Below, in pieces: positions 52,457-64,000 of a DNA stretch of 64,000 nt. Below the pieces are notes generated by a model that searched no databases, was not told the DNA's origin, and saw only the letters and a program-made list of their open reading frames with translations. The stretch's first letter is position 1. The number at the start of each line of letters is the position of its first letter. Source of the DNA: Marsupella aquatica (taxonomy: Eukaryota > Plantae > Marchantiophyta); NCBI GenBank assembly GCA_973895155.1, contig OZ316898.1:18051192-18115191 (forward strand), read 5' to 3'. A program made the position numbers and the translations under genes.

Positions 52457-54051
52457 GCTGCAATACAATGGCAAAATGAAAAAGACAACTTGAAACATGA
52501 CTTAGGGTCATCTTGTAGGAATAAGTCACAAAAATGCTCAAAACATAGCCAAAAGGGCCCCCAAGCAGAACAACGTGGAGCATAAAGTAAGGCAAAGGTG
52601 ATGGTTCCTACTAAAGTGAAGATATACTTGGACTCAAAATAGTCCACAAATAAGGGAAGTTGATCATAGGGTTGAGGGTGGAGATGGTGAAGGGCACTCA
52701 AGGTGGCCTCACCAGGGGGAGATCACATGGTGGGGGAAAGGGTATGGACAGTGCAATGATATTCTGCAGCCTGGGTTAAACGGCAAGCTCGGCAAACTCA
52801 AGGCGCCTATGCTCAAGCTGAGTAGAATGGCAAGTTGGGTCAGACAAAGCATGTGCGGCAAAGGCGCGAGATCGAAGAAAGTACTCCTCCTGAAGTTGCT
52901 CTCAATCTTCTCTCAAAAAATGGTGTATACGTGAGATAGTATCAGGGTGACCCATTACTATTTCAGTTTGTCATAGGCTAGGGTCTTAGGTATCAGGGTT
53001 GCTTGTATTGTGTCATTTGCGTTGGCTTTTGGGTCTTTGGCGTGTTTGTCCTTGATTGGGTCTTTAGCTTTGGGGATATGTAGTTGAACATTCCTTGGTC
53101 TTTGTTAGTTTGCTGTATATTTTTAAGAATTGAGTTTTTGAAAGAGAAAGAAATATTGAGATTCCATTACTATTTGTTTTCGCAGCACATACTTTTCCCT
53201 TTTCAGTATTTAATTAAGATATTTCCGTTTCTCATGGCTGGTTGAGTAAAAGACTATCAGTTTATTTGGAGAGGCCAAACAAAGTACAATCTAGTAAGCG
53301 AGATATATTTGTTTGAGTTGAAAGATGGGACACACAACACACCATCCAGCCAAGTCACTGAGGCAAAAAGAATAGACAGCAAACAGTTGGGAAAGAGGAT
53401 GATGGTCTGAGGAATGTTTTGAATGTAACAATAATAATATATATATATATATAGATTCATATAATAATCTCAGTTCTTAGAACTTAAAGTCCGGATAGAC
53501 TGATACGTTGTCTATGAAGCTCCCATGGACAAACCAAATTTGGATGGACTTGACTCAAATACACATATACACTTGGATACTCTTTGTTACACTTGTGTCC
53601 AAAAATACCATGTAAGATGATCAGTTTTGTTCACTTGTCCAAAAGTACCTTGTCAAAGCACCACCTCTTCCATTTTAGTCCAAAGGTACCATGTACCAAC
53701 CAGATCAGCATTGATTGCAACACTCATTGTATTCTCTTAATATCCTTTTCCCTCAAGGTAGTCACTTTAACTATTTTTTTTAGAGTTCAATAAAAAACAT
53801 AAAATATGTAAGGTATGTTTAGGTATTTGTATGCATTATCTGGCCTTTATGGTAATAAAATCATATAGACTAAACTTTTCACAATTTACTCTAGAGCCTC
53901 AAGTAGTTTGTTTAATGAGCAAAAGCAAATTAATTCAATGTTTTCCTCAATAATATTTGTATGTTTATAATAGATTGCAAAATCTCACAAAAGGGGGAAA
54001 CAAGCAACACAATCCCCGTGAACCAATATAACAATTTCCACTAGGAAAAGT

Positions 54052-54379
54052 CTCGGGGGGGTCACTTCCACGGAAGTGACACATCACGTGCGACGAAGTA
54101 TAGGCCCATTTAAATGGGTGTGGCGGAAGACTTCCAAAGTTTGGTGGAAGAACACATAGGGCATGTTTTATTGATTGGTCGACTTTAAAGAACACATAGG
54201 CCTATTTAATTGCAAAAAATACTTTCTATAAAGTTTTTAGGGGTTTTTTAATAAAAAATGACAAAATTTTAAGAAAGAAAGGGCTTTGCAAAAAAATATT
54301 TTTCACTTTAAAGTTAGGGGGGTCAAACCCTAAAACGTCGCACGCGATGTATGACCCTCCATATAGTGACCCCCCCGAG
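54052..54379 (+). mobile_element. MITE (8-bp TSD family, subfamily A), 328 bp
   Basis: TIR CTCGGGGGGGTCACT / AGTGACCCCCCCGAG; perfect TSD ggaaaagt (54044-54051 and 54380-54387). Confidence 0.92.
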
Positions 54380-55471
54380 GGAAAAGTGGGTGCAAATTTT
54401 GATTTTCATAGAGCATTGCTCTTGAGACAAAATTGTATTTTCAGTAGAGTGTCGCTCTTGTGTTAAGGAGGGGGTTGACTTATTTTCTATCTCAGATTTT
54501 ATTCTAAAAGGGTTTAGGGTTTAGAGTTGCTCTTTCACAAAGAACGCTTTAATTAAATTTCCCACTATAGAACTCCAAGAAATGATATTTTTCAAAGACC
54601 ACTGCTCTTGTTACAATAAGGGCTTCTAGTACTTTGCCATTGCGGAGGTCACTAAAATTTCAAATACAATATTAGATGCAACCCTTTGTTTCATTCAATA
54701 CATATTGTCAATTCACTTCAAAGTATGCAGAGTCTTTTAACGCACTTGAAATGTAGGTCAACAGTAAATTAGAACATTGATTACCTAGATTTTCTCATCA
54801 TTAGGTGTAAAATGCTTAGTTTATGTGTCACAATCCATGAGAATGATGGGAGACAACCTTCAAGTCCATCCGAGCTTTGGTTTCCAGTTCTTAGGATTAA
54901 TGATTAGTTTTGTAAGTGGAATTACAGACATAGCTTTCCCGTTGTGGATCTGCCCATACTACTGTTGCCGCTGTCCCAATGATGTCTTGACGCAATGGGA
55001 TTGCCACCACTACATCTGCCAAAGTACGTTGACCCTCACGGACCATGGTAAGATCCACCCATAACCACTGCGACAGAGGACCAGGTAACTTTAGTACCAC
55101 CTCCCGTCGCACGCATACCAAAGAGCCAGAGAGAACCTGAGCAGTCGCATCTCTCATAGCGTCATGAACAATAAAGGTTTCACCTCCTAAACTGCACCAA
55201 AGAAGATGGACACCTGTGGCATCACAAGGCTTCCCACAAGTGCAAGAAGGAGGTAAACCTACAAGAAGTGGGTGGGGTAGCCCCATACAAAGATGCATAG
55301 CTTTCGAGAACTCCGTTGAAAACATCCGCAGATGAGGAATGACTGGATCGGCCTGAAGCCATCCTCATGCGCCCTTCCCTTCGGAAGAAATAATCCTAGC
55401 TCAGTCCGTGTCAAGTGCCTCGGAGAGGATGTTGGAGAGGGTGAAAGCATGCATATGCCCAACAAGGTTTG

Positions 55472-57724
55472 TGTGACAGGGCCCCAAACCCGGTAGTAAC
55501 TTAGTGATGACTTATAATTGCATATATAAGTAGAAAGACAAGTAGGTGTAGCAAAAGTGTTTGGATTTTCAAATTTTTAATTTTTTCTAAATTGATGCGA
55601 CAACCAGAGGCCGGAGTTGAGAGGGGTGTCGGGCGGTGATGGATGACAATGGAGCCATTGAGGGGGTTCAAGGAGGCCACAAGGCAGCCCAAGGACTTGG
55701 AGGCCAAGGTGGGAGCATCTTGGACGGGTGGGGGCTGGACGAAGGCTCCACATAAGCCGCAAATTGGTAACCAAAATATAGAAAACATTGAAACTTGAAA
55801 CAAATATTGCTGCGCTAGTACTATTCCAAACATAGTCATGTTTGGATTCATTTTTAAGCCCTCAATGAGCCCCATGCAAAACTGGGGTTCCTTGGTTGAG
55901 TTCATGTCTGTATCAAACAGCGGAATCTTGAGAAACCTCAATGCCCGTAAAATGGCAAAACTACGGCAATCTTGGAGTAGTGATGGTGGGAGGGCCCTTA
56001 GAAGGAAGGGGTTCCCATACTTGTGTTCTCCTTTCCCCTTTCACCCTTTGTGTGGTCCTCACATGGTTTTGCTCTCTTTCCCTTCCCCACTCCGTAAAAG
56101 GACACATCCGTAGAAAGGGCACAATGTAGAAGGACACATCCGTAGAAGTGGCACTCCATAGGAGGACACATCCGTAGAAGGGGCACTCCGTAGAAGGACA
56201 CATCCGTAGAAGTGGCACTCCATAGGAGGACACATCCGTAGAAGGGGCACTCCGTAGAAGGACACATCCGTAGAAGGGGCCCTCACAATTTCTTCCTTCC
56301 CTTTTTCTCTATTCTCACTTGTGGGGTTCCCACCCATTCCTAAACCCTTTCCCTATTGTGCTTGCTTTCAACGTGTGTACGGACCCTGGTTGTATGAACA
56401 TCAGATTTTCAACCATCTCAAAATCAAGAGTTTATGGGCTTGTTGGAAAGAGCTCGCCGAGCTGAATCCAAAAATGTGTCACACGGCCAAAACAGAGTTA
56501 AGATGGTAAAGATACGTTAGATTACATTTTGACAATAATTTCTTGACATCAAAGCCGTATGGATGTCTGTACATCCGGCAACGGGGGACCCCAGTGTTTT
56601 CCCAAAAGTGGAGATGGCAACAGCAAAGTCGAGGACCCCTTTGTGGGAGAAACCGGGGCCCCCTAGTGTTGAATGGGCAAAACGGAGGGGGACGATGCCC
56701 CGTAAAAACTTAAACAATCATAGCTTGGCCATTTGACCTCCATTCTGTGCGCCGTTTATGGAGCCGTGATCAGAAGAGGAGGGCTTCTTAGAATGTTTTT
56801 CAGAAGTGAATTTGAGGAAATTTTAGTTTCGACAATTGTAGGGGCCCTCTCCTTTTACGACGGACCGGTGGTGGCGATGAGGAAGATTGAGGCTCACTGG
56901 TAGGCAGGGTAGATAGATAGGATAGGAGGTGGTGGACTCCAGTGCGGTTCTGTTTAGCGGAGTGGTAGTGGGCACCATCGAAGGCACTGTCGGTCTCCCT
57001 TAGGATAGGATAGGTTGGTGATACATGTGTGTGCCGTATGTTAGGTTTTGAGGTTAGCGGCGCCGCTAGGGGGTAGTGGCTGCCTCACCCTTGTAGGGCT
57101 TGTGTGTGGTGTTTTTTAATATTTAAGGGTAGCCCCCGGTAGGTGCAGGGGGGAACTCAATCTAGTATTGATGAAATGTTAGCTCATAGCGTAGAGAAGG
57201 GAGTAATCTGGAGTAGTGAGGTGAGAAGTAGTCATTGTCCTAGTGAGCAGGAGTTGAGTAGACGGCAAGAGGTCGGGTTACTCATGCAATGTATTACTTG
57301 TTCACCAAAAGATATGGATTCAGATTAACTCTCCAAAGTTTGTTATGTATTATGATTTTGGTGCTTTCATAGTTGTGTTCTTTCCGTAGCCGTTTTGGTG
57401 TGTTTTTGTGAGAGGACCCATCAAGTGGATTCTTGAGAGTAGGTTACAAGGTCTGGTCGGCCTTGTGAGCCAAAGGAGTGGTGACAACACTCCACTAGAG
57501 ACCAAGAGGAAAGTGCAGTCCATGGGACTTGATAAAAAATAGTGAAGGGTGAGAAAGTCGGCAGACTTGATCAAAAAATGTAATTTTGGGAGCGAAAACA
57601 AATAATCATTCCTAGCGTGATGAAGTCTAAATAGCGTCCCTCCACGTCCCCGTGATACAATTAAAATGGTATTGGCTGTGAAGAAGTGGAAATGATGTAG
57701 TTACCGTTTGATAAATAAATGACA
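55472..57724. mobile_element. 2.25-kb solo-LTR-like insertion
   Basis: TGT...ACA termini; 5-bp TSD gtttg / gtctg; it interrupts the CRE-like sequence exactly where the paralog reads gcccaacaaggtcagcctgaag without a break; no gag/pol ORF. Confidence 0.65.
56090..56281. repeat. Hierarchical minisatellite (16/32/64-bp periods), six 32-bp units
   Basis: gacacat at 56101, 56133, 56165, 56197, 56229 and 56261; the unit is ccgtagaaggacacat + ccgtagaaggggcact, with an alternating variant agtggcactccatagg. Confidence 0.92.
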
Positions 57725-58125
57725 GTCTGCCTGAAGACGAACGGGGTCCAAGGATAAAAACTCCTGAAATGAAGGTAACGCAACGCAAACGGGATCTGGT
57801 AATGATGACCGCACCGCGCGCAAATGAACCTGAAATGGGAGGGAACCCTCCTCTACCTCCATGAGAGATGAAAGTAAAAAAGGTCAATTCTCAGCAAGGA
57901 AACGATTGGCCAACAAGGAGAAGGCGGCTGCCCACATGCCCAAAAAGGCCAAAGGTGCAAGGCGCTCAATGGATGTGAGCCCAAACCACCCTGAGAAATA
58001 GGAAGACTGAGCTATCGATGAAGCCATTGAGATGAGAACAATGTACTGGGCAATGTACCCGACCCTAAAAGAGAGGCCAAAGTCTCACGAATGGAGACAT
58101 CAAACGCTCAAAGGTGGAGAGAAAG

Positions 58126-58452
58126 CTCGGTGGGGTCACTTCCACGGAAGTGACACATCACGTGCGACGAAGTATAGACCCATTTAAATAGGTGTGGCAG
58201 AAGACTTCCAAAGTTTGGTGGAAGAACACATAGGGCATGTTTTATTGACTAGTCAACTTTAAAGAACACATAGGCTTATTTAATTATAAAAAATACTTTC
58301 TTTCAAGTTTTTAGGGGTTTTTTAGTAAAAAATGACAAAATTTAAAGAGAGAAAGGGTTTTGCAAAAAAATATTTTTTGCTTATAAGTTAGGGGGGTCAA
58401 ACCCTAAAACACCGCACGCAATGTATGGCCCTCCATGTAGTGACCCCCCGAG
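58126..58452 (+). mobile_element. MITE (subfamily A) inserted in the CRE-like element
   Basis: Highly similar to 54052-54379; TSD agagaaag / agacaaag; the empty site is seen in the paralog near 51945 (ggacaaagatcc). Confidence 0.92.
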
Positions 58453-58516
58453 AGACAAAGATCCTCGGTAGGGGGATGCGTCCTAGCCAAATAAGACGCA
58501 GTCACGAGGGTGGATG

Positions 58517-58964
58517 CTTGGGGGGGGTCACTATATGGAGGGCCATACATCGCGTGTGACGTTTTAGGGTTTGCCCCCTAACTTATAAGTGAATATTTTT
58601 GTGTGCAAAGCCCTTTCTTTCTATAAATTTTGTCATTTTTTATTAAAAAACCCCTAAAAACTTTAAAGAAAGTATTTTTTGCAGTTAAATAGGCCTATGT
58701 GTTCTTTAAAGTTGACCAGTCAATAAAACATGCTCTATGTGTTCTTCCACCAAACTTTGGAAGTCTTCCACCACACACACTTCGTTGATCGGCTCCGCTT
58801 ACCCACCATAACAAGAACTCAACAACCTAAATAAATGCCTGCTATGCTCTTTAGAAAGATCTTTGAAATTCACAAATTTGCTATCTTTTGTGACAATGTA
58901 CATTTAAATGGGCCTATACTTCGTCGCACGTGATGTGCCATTTCCGTGGAAGTGACCCCCCGAG
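58517..58964 (-). mobile_element. MITE (subfamily A), inverted, with a ~120-bp internal insertion
   Basis: Reverse complement of the 54052 and 58126 copies; TSD ggtggatg / ggtggatt; extra sequence at ~58780-58900. Confidence 0.9.
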
Positions 58965-59989
58965 GGTGGATTACCTCAACAACGTCCCAAATGCTGTTTG
59001 AGAATCTGCTAACTTAGGGAGCATAGGAGTAGAGGCTAAGGCAGCTTGTAGAGTGTCAGCGATGAAAGATGAGCAAAAGGAGGCGGTACCGACTGGGGAG
59101 CCAAGGACCCGAAGACTGTCGGCTGGACGAAAGAACCCAGGGGGTAGCGCAAGATCAGAGGGTAACCCAACTGGACTCCATGCACGACTCTTCATAGGCT
59201 AAACCTGTAAACCAAGGCCCATCAAATGGGTGGAAAGAGTGACGAGGGAAGAAGTAACCGCGACGGGAGGACCAATGATGTGGTTGTCATCTGAAAGGGA
59301 GGGGAAGATACACTGGGGGTGGGCCATGGCGGCTTCCCGTAAAGCTGTAAAATGGGCAATGGCAAAAAGAGGCCCACCCAAAGGGTCACCCTAACGTGTA
59401 CCTTCTACAGAAGAAAGAGTGGTATACCCTCCAATAGAGGTGTGATGACTATAGAAGAGCAGGGCCTCGAGTCCATAAAAACAATGAACAAAGGGGATAA
59501 GGGACTGGATGTTTGGATCCGCCGACCTCAAAGCACAAAAAAAGGTTGCCCGAGAAACCATATTGAAAGTGTTAGAGACATCAACCTGGAGGACAACCCA
59601 ATCAGGGTGGAGGTCCAAGGTAGTGCAAACTGATGTGGAGAGAGATGATCTGATAGTGGAGAGCAATACTGCGAGGAAAGTGTACGAGACACAAGACGAA
59701 GAAAACCTCTCCAATAGCTATTGGCTGAACACCCGGTGAAGACTTAGCCATGGCCAATAAACGAGAAGCACTCAAGAGCCAAGAGACAGGAGGAGGCAAC
59801 CGGCCGGCTACAATACACTGGCAAAAGGAGAAGAAAATTGGAAAACCAAATTGAGGATCCTCAGGGGGAATAAATCACGAAAATACTCAAAGACATAACT
59901 AGAGGGGCCACTAGCTGCGCAATGCGGGGCATGGAGGAAAGCATAGGTGAAGGTAAAACATATTGTATGTGTGCAAGAGTAATGGTCTT

Positions 59990-60320
59990 TCTCTCAAACT
60001 ATTTTTTTGTCGTTCTCAAGTAAGACTTTCCTATGTGCTGTAAAATTTCTCAAGCGGGATTCTCTTTCTCAAGTGAGATCTCCTAAAGTCGGTGGGGCAT
60101 GTCATAGTTTCTAAACCAATCATTTTTGTCTTTCTCAAGTAAGATTTTCCTGTGGTGTACTATTTTCTCAAGTGAGATCTTCTTCTTCTTCTTTTGAAAT
60201 CAATAGGGCACCTCAAAGTTTCTCATACTATTTCTTGGTATTTATGAAGTAAGATTTCTCCATGTGTTGTAGGAATTTTTCAAGTGAGATAGTTCTCTTT
60301 TGAAATCCAATAGGGCATCT
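59990..60320. repeat. Degenerate tandem repeat (ctcaagtaagattt... / ctcaagtgagatc...)
   Basis: The same motif pair recurs 3-4 times at ~100-120 bp spacing. Confidence 0.6.
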
Positions 60321-61705
60321 CAAAGTTCCAAAGTTCACACTAGTTAACAACTGAGTTTTGGGTTTTACTACATACACAATCCTTGTGTACTTCAATATCA
60401 GTGTTTCTTAACTTTTTGCTCTTAACAAACATTTATAAGACCCTGTTCAAGTGTGAGGCATACCTGCATCTCAAGTGTGCTTGACGGTCCACTGTTGGAG
60501 GGCCTGCGTAAGCCTAAAATCCATCTTTGGTACCCATCAAGTCCATAGGATGCAGGAGGGGCCTGGTTAAGTCTTTCTTGGGTTTTTTTTGCGCTTATGG
60601 CTTCACCTCATGGAGTCAATCATGAAGGGTAGATTTGGATCAAAATATAGTATACTAGCCCAAATAGCCATGCTATGCCACAGAAGGATTCTCTGTGCCC
60701 ATCTCTACTTATAATTAATCATGGTCTAAATATCAAAACTTTTTGATACCCAATAAATTAATATGGCATCTATTTCAATCTAAGGAGTACCTTAAGGGTA
60801 GACAAAATTATAACATTATATAGATCTTATTGAAGACAATTTGGAATGGGAGCGTAGGGTCCCATTAGGCCCATTAGAGACATCTTTGCTCACATACCCT
60901 TATTATCATGAACCACTAATGTGAAAGTCAAAGTGTGTTCGTGATGGTAGAAATAATTCTTTTTCCAGCAAAAGCTACCGCAAAAGTTGACGGTCATATT
61001 TCAACAGGGATGGCTGCAATCGCAAGTGGAGTTTTGGATGAACGAAGGTTGGCCACAAATTGGCTCTTGGCACATCGAACATCTTTAGGTGAAGACAAAA
61101 CCAACCTCTCCAGTCAAAAAGCAAGCTACAACATATCACCTAATATTCGAGTCAACTCAATTTTTTTGGTACCCTTTTGATTGCCATTTCTTGTCCCCAG
61201 GATTTGGATTTTGGATACAGAAGTAGTCTTTCGTAGAACTAGCAGTACTTTTCCAAGAATAACCTATTTTTCCTTTTTTATTCCATAGGGACAAAATGTG
61301 CCAATGGCGTATAGTGCGAGTTTTGGGAGGACAAGCATCGACGAGAAAGCATCAAATCTACCTTTTATGATCTACTAGTGGAGCCAGAGGCTTTAATTGA
61401 GGTCCCGATCAAAATATGACATATAAGCATATCATTCCATATCATGATAAATTTAGTTATTTTTTTAAAAATCAATGAGTACACGCCATATATTTTGATG
61501 TGTGATTATTGACAAGGCTCTAATTGCTCTGTTAACAGTCATGTTAATATTTAGAGTATGTGAGTAGAAATGACTTGGAGAGTCTTGGTATGGGGAGCCC
61601 TTCCTGTGCTTACGGGTATTTGGACAGTCAAGTCTCAAAAGTCACCCATGGCAAACCCACCAATGGAGAGCTCAAGAACCATAGGACCCAAGGGGCCAAA
61701 TGGAT

Positions 61706-62244
61706 ATAGCATGCTCATCCTCGAACATGCTTTATTTTTTGTCTTGTAGTGATCTGAAAATAAATAAAATATGAGAACATAGAAGTGCTGTTATATAAAT
61801 AAAGTGTCTGCCAAGAAAAGCACAGTGACCAAGAAAAGGTACAGTCAAATGATGTTACGATGTGTGCACTTAACTCAGGGTGCCTTATGAATGACACTCC
61901 TTTCAATAAAAACCATAAACCTAGGAAAGAAAAACATGAGGAGAACTTAAGAGGCTATGCATTCATGTTCTTCAGCATCATTTCTCTCACTCGTGGTGGT
62001 GGAGCCTTTGGTTTCATCTCTAAGAAAACACATATTGTGAAAGGGGGCTGCCAAAATAAATTCAAAGCACCCTAAAATACCTAAAACTAAAGGGGTCTAA
62101 AAATTAATTAAAAATGTATAGAATACAAAGGCTGCCCCTTGAGATAAGGCAGATTGAAATGAAAATACATGACACAAAAATCTGAATAAGACAAAATCTG
62201 AAATGTGCATTCACCATATAGCAATATAGCAACTTCAAAAATTC
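61706..62244 (-). mobile_element. Second copy of the SINE-like element, with a 28-bp TSD
   Basis: Flanked by accataggacccaaggggcca(a/g)atggat at 61678-61705 and 62245-62272; reverse-complement homology to 13210-13726. Confidence 0.8.
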
Positions 62245-62990
62245 ACCATAGGACCCAAGGGGCCAGATGGATGATAACACACATGAGCCAATACAACCAG
62301 ACAACCAAATAAACACCCAAATCACCAACACTTGACCTTGAATGGGTTAATGTCAGGACTTCACCAAGGGATCCAAGCACAACGACTATGTGTGAGCGGT
62401 GGCTCTCACATAGAGTACTACCATCAGGTAGGGGTGGTGTGGTGTGTGTATAGAAGGGTGAGCTAGTAGCCAACTGATCTGAGCCAATTGGTTAATTTCT
62501 CCTACTTGGTATTCCCCAGTCCCCGTATACATTCACTCAACTTCTTACTCTCTTCTCCAATGTGGAGGGTGTGAATTGACTTGAGACCATTTCACTCCAA
62601 GCCCACCGGTTGACTCCTAAGGAACATAGTGGTGTTTGAGTGAAGTTGAAAATAATGGCCAGAAATGAAAAATCCTTTTAGTTTGGGCAGAAGTACACTC
62701 TCCACATAAGCATTTTGAGTGGCCCACAACAATAGCTCAATTGGACGGAAACATGCAACCCCAAATTTTTTTCTTGTCCCATGTTTTGTGAACACTCTAA
62801 TATATTTTGTTAGTCAGGGTGATATAACATTTCAATCTTACCAGCTATCACACTAGATTGTGATCTGGAGATTGCAAGATCAAATCCTGGCCCGGTGATA
62901 TCCTATTTTGTTCACAAACCTGGCTGCGCATGGAGGGGCATGATGAGGGGCTGGCTGGCTGTGCAAGAATGCCTGCACAAGGGATGGAGT

Positions 62991-63250
62991 CTCGGGGTCC
63001 TTACTTATTTGCTTCTGACCCTTCATGCACAAATAAGTTAGGGGATTCTAAATTTAAATTGGGCGGAAGACTTTAAATTTTTTTTGAAGGACATTATAGG
63101 TCTTGTAATCCGATTTAGATAATTATAAGAACTATAGGGTTTTTAATACCAAATTTGAAAATATTCCTAAAACATTCCATAAAGTTAGGGTAAAAATAGT
63201 AAAAACTTACTTAGTTTTCCTAAGTTTTAAGGTGTTTATTATTTGTAAAC
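62991..63250 (+). mobile_element. MITE (subfamily B), 3'-truncated
   Basis: Starts ctcggggtccttactt; internal match to the 30141 and 52153 copies; right TIR not seen. Confidence 0.65.
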
Positions 63251-64000
63251 TTGGAGCGGGGACAGGGGGGCTAGTGCTCAAGTGCCTGATCATGGACAAT
63301 GACTCTTATCCCAGGCAGGAAAGTATAGTGCCCCGGCATGCGAAAGGGCCCTTCTACATGGGAAGTTGTGGTGTAAGAGGGTTGGAAGAAATTGATAACT
63401 TCAAACAGCTTTTTAAGTACTTTGCCATTAAAGATGTTCTAATTGACAATACTGCCACTATATATATTTTATTTATAAAATGGTCACGGTTTCCTATGTG
63501 GATAACAAGTTTACCAAGGTAACCAAGGAAACTATATACAAAAACTGTCATATTTTTGTAAATACAAAAAAAACATCTTTAATGACAATGTACCTAAAAG
63601 TTGTAACTTCAAGATAATACACATCAATCTAGGCCAAATTGACATAAAAACAATAGCAAGAAATTGTAATAAGACAAATTAGCAAGGAAGGGGTCTCGCC
63701 CAGATAGGAGTGTCAATGAATGTTTTTGCCACTAAGAGAAACACTGATTAATAGTTTTCAGTAAAATGCAATGAATTTTTGCCACTCATAGAAATATAGA
63801 CAAATACTTTTCAGTGAGGTGGAATGAATTTTGGCCACCCACAGAAATGTTGACGTACTTGTCAGTGAGGTGAACTCTACAATAGCTAACTTTTGCTACT
63901 AAAAGAAACGTTAACAGAAATCCAACGACTACAAACACCAAACAAGAAAAAAAGGCAAATGCAACCATAAACACTCAAGAAAAAGAAGAAAAGAAAGGAG

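Larger units (their letters stand above)
54880..59940 (-). mobile_element. CRE-like non-LTR retrotransposon (reverse transcriptase, CCHC zinc knuckle, restriction-like endonuclease), degenerate and split by three insertions
   Basis: RT motifs GVQPIAIGE, VLQVDVSNTFNMVSR, GTR.GDPLGGPLFA, SLSDDNHIIGP, LRVLGSPVG (58970-59760); C-terminal CTCGKPCDATGVHLLWCSLGGE...HDAMRD...VDL...TLADVVV (54897-55325). The sequence on both sides of the inserts is collinear with the paralog at 51300-52000. Confidence 0.8.

Noticed and set aside
54510-54525. Telomere-like gggtttagggtttag
   Set aside because: Only about two units; too short to call an interstitial telomeric array.
56090-56281. CRISPR-like appearance of the 32-bp array
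   Set aside because: No unique spacers, no cas genes, and a eukaryotic context.

Overview
Eukaryotic nuclear DNA from a land plant, most likely a non-seed plant such as a bryophyte (inferred from gene content, short GT-AG introns and CRE-type retroelements). Three protein-coding genes are supported. (1) A 13-exon kinesin on the minus strand (7910 to <1). It has kinesin-3-type motor and neck signatures, a ~150-aa insertion in the motor, no visible FHA domain, and a large terminal exon, missed by the ORF track, built from a 14-aa repeat rich in LC8/DYNLL-like D-x-G-x-Q-[TVI] motifs. (2) A kinase-less three-LysM protein with an LYR/NFP-type ectodomain (+, 18880-19719), whose hydrophobic anchor lies inside what looks like a 66-nt intron. 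(3) An intact three-exon AMT2 ammonium transporter (-, 37627-34926). The rest is mostly transposon-derived: Mutator-like elements with 9-bp TSDs, a CACTA derivative, seven copies of a ~300-450 bp MITE with 8-bp TSDs, CRE-like non-LTR retrotransposon relics carrying nested insertions (including a solo-LTR-like element), a SINE-like element with long TSDs, and many tandem repeats. All calls come from reading the sequence by eye; no searches were run.
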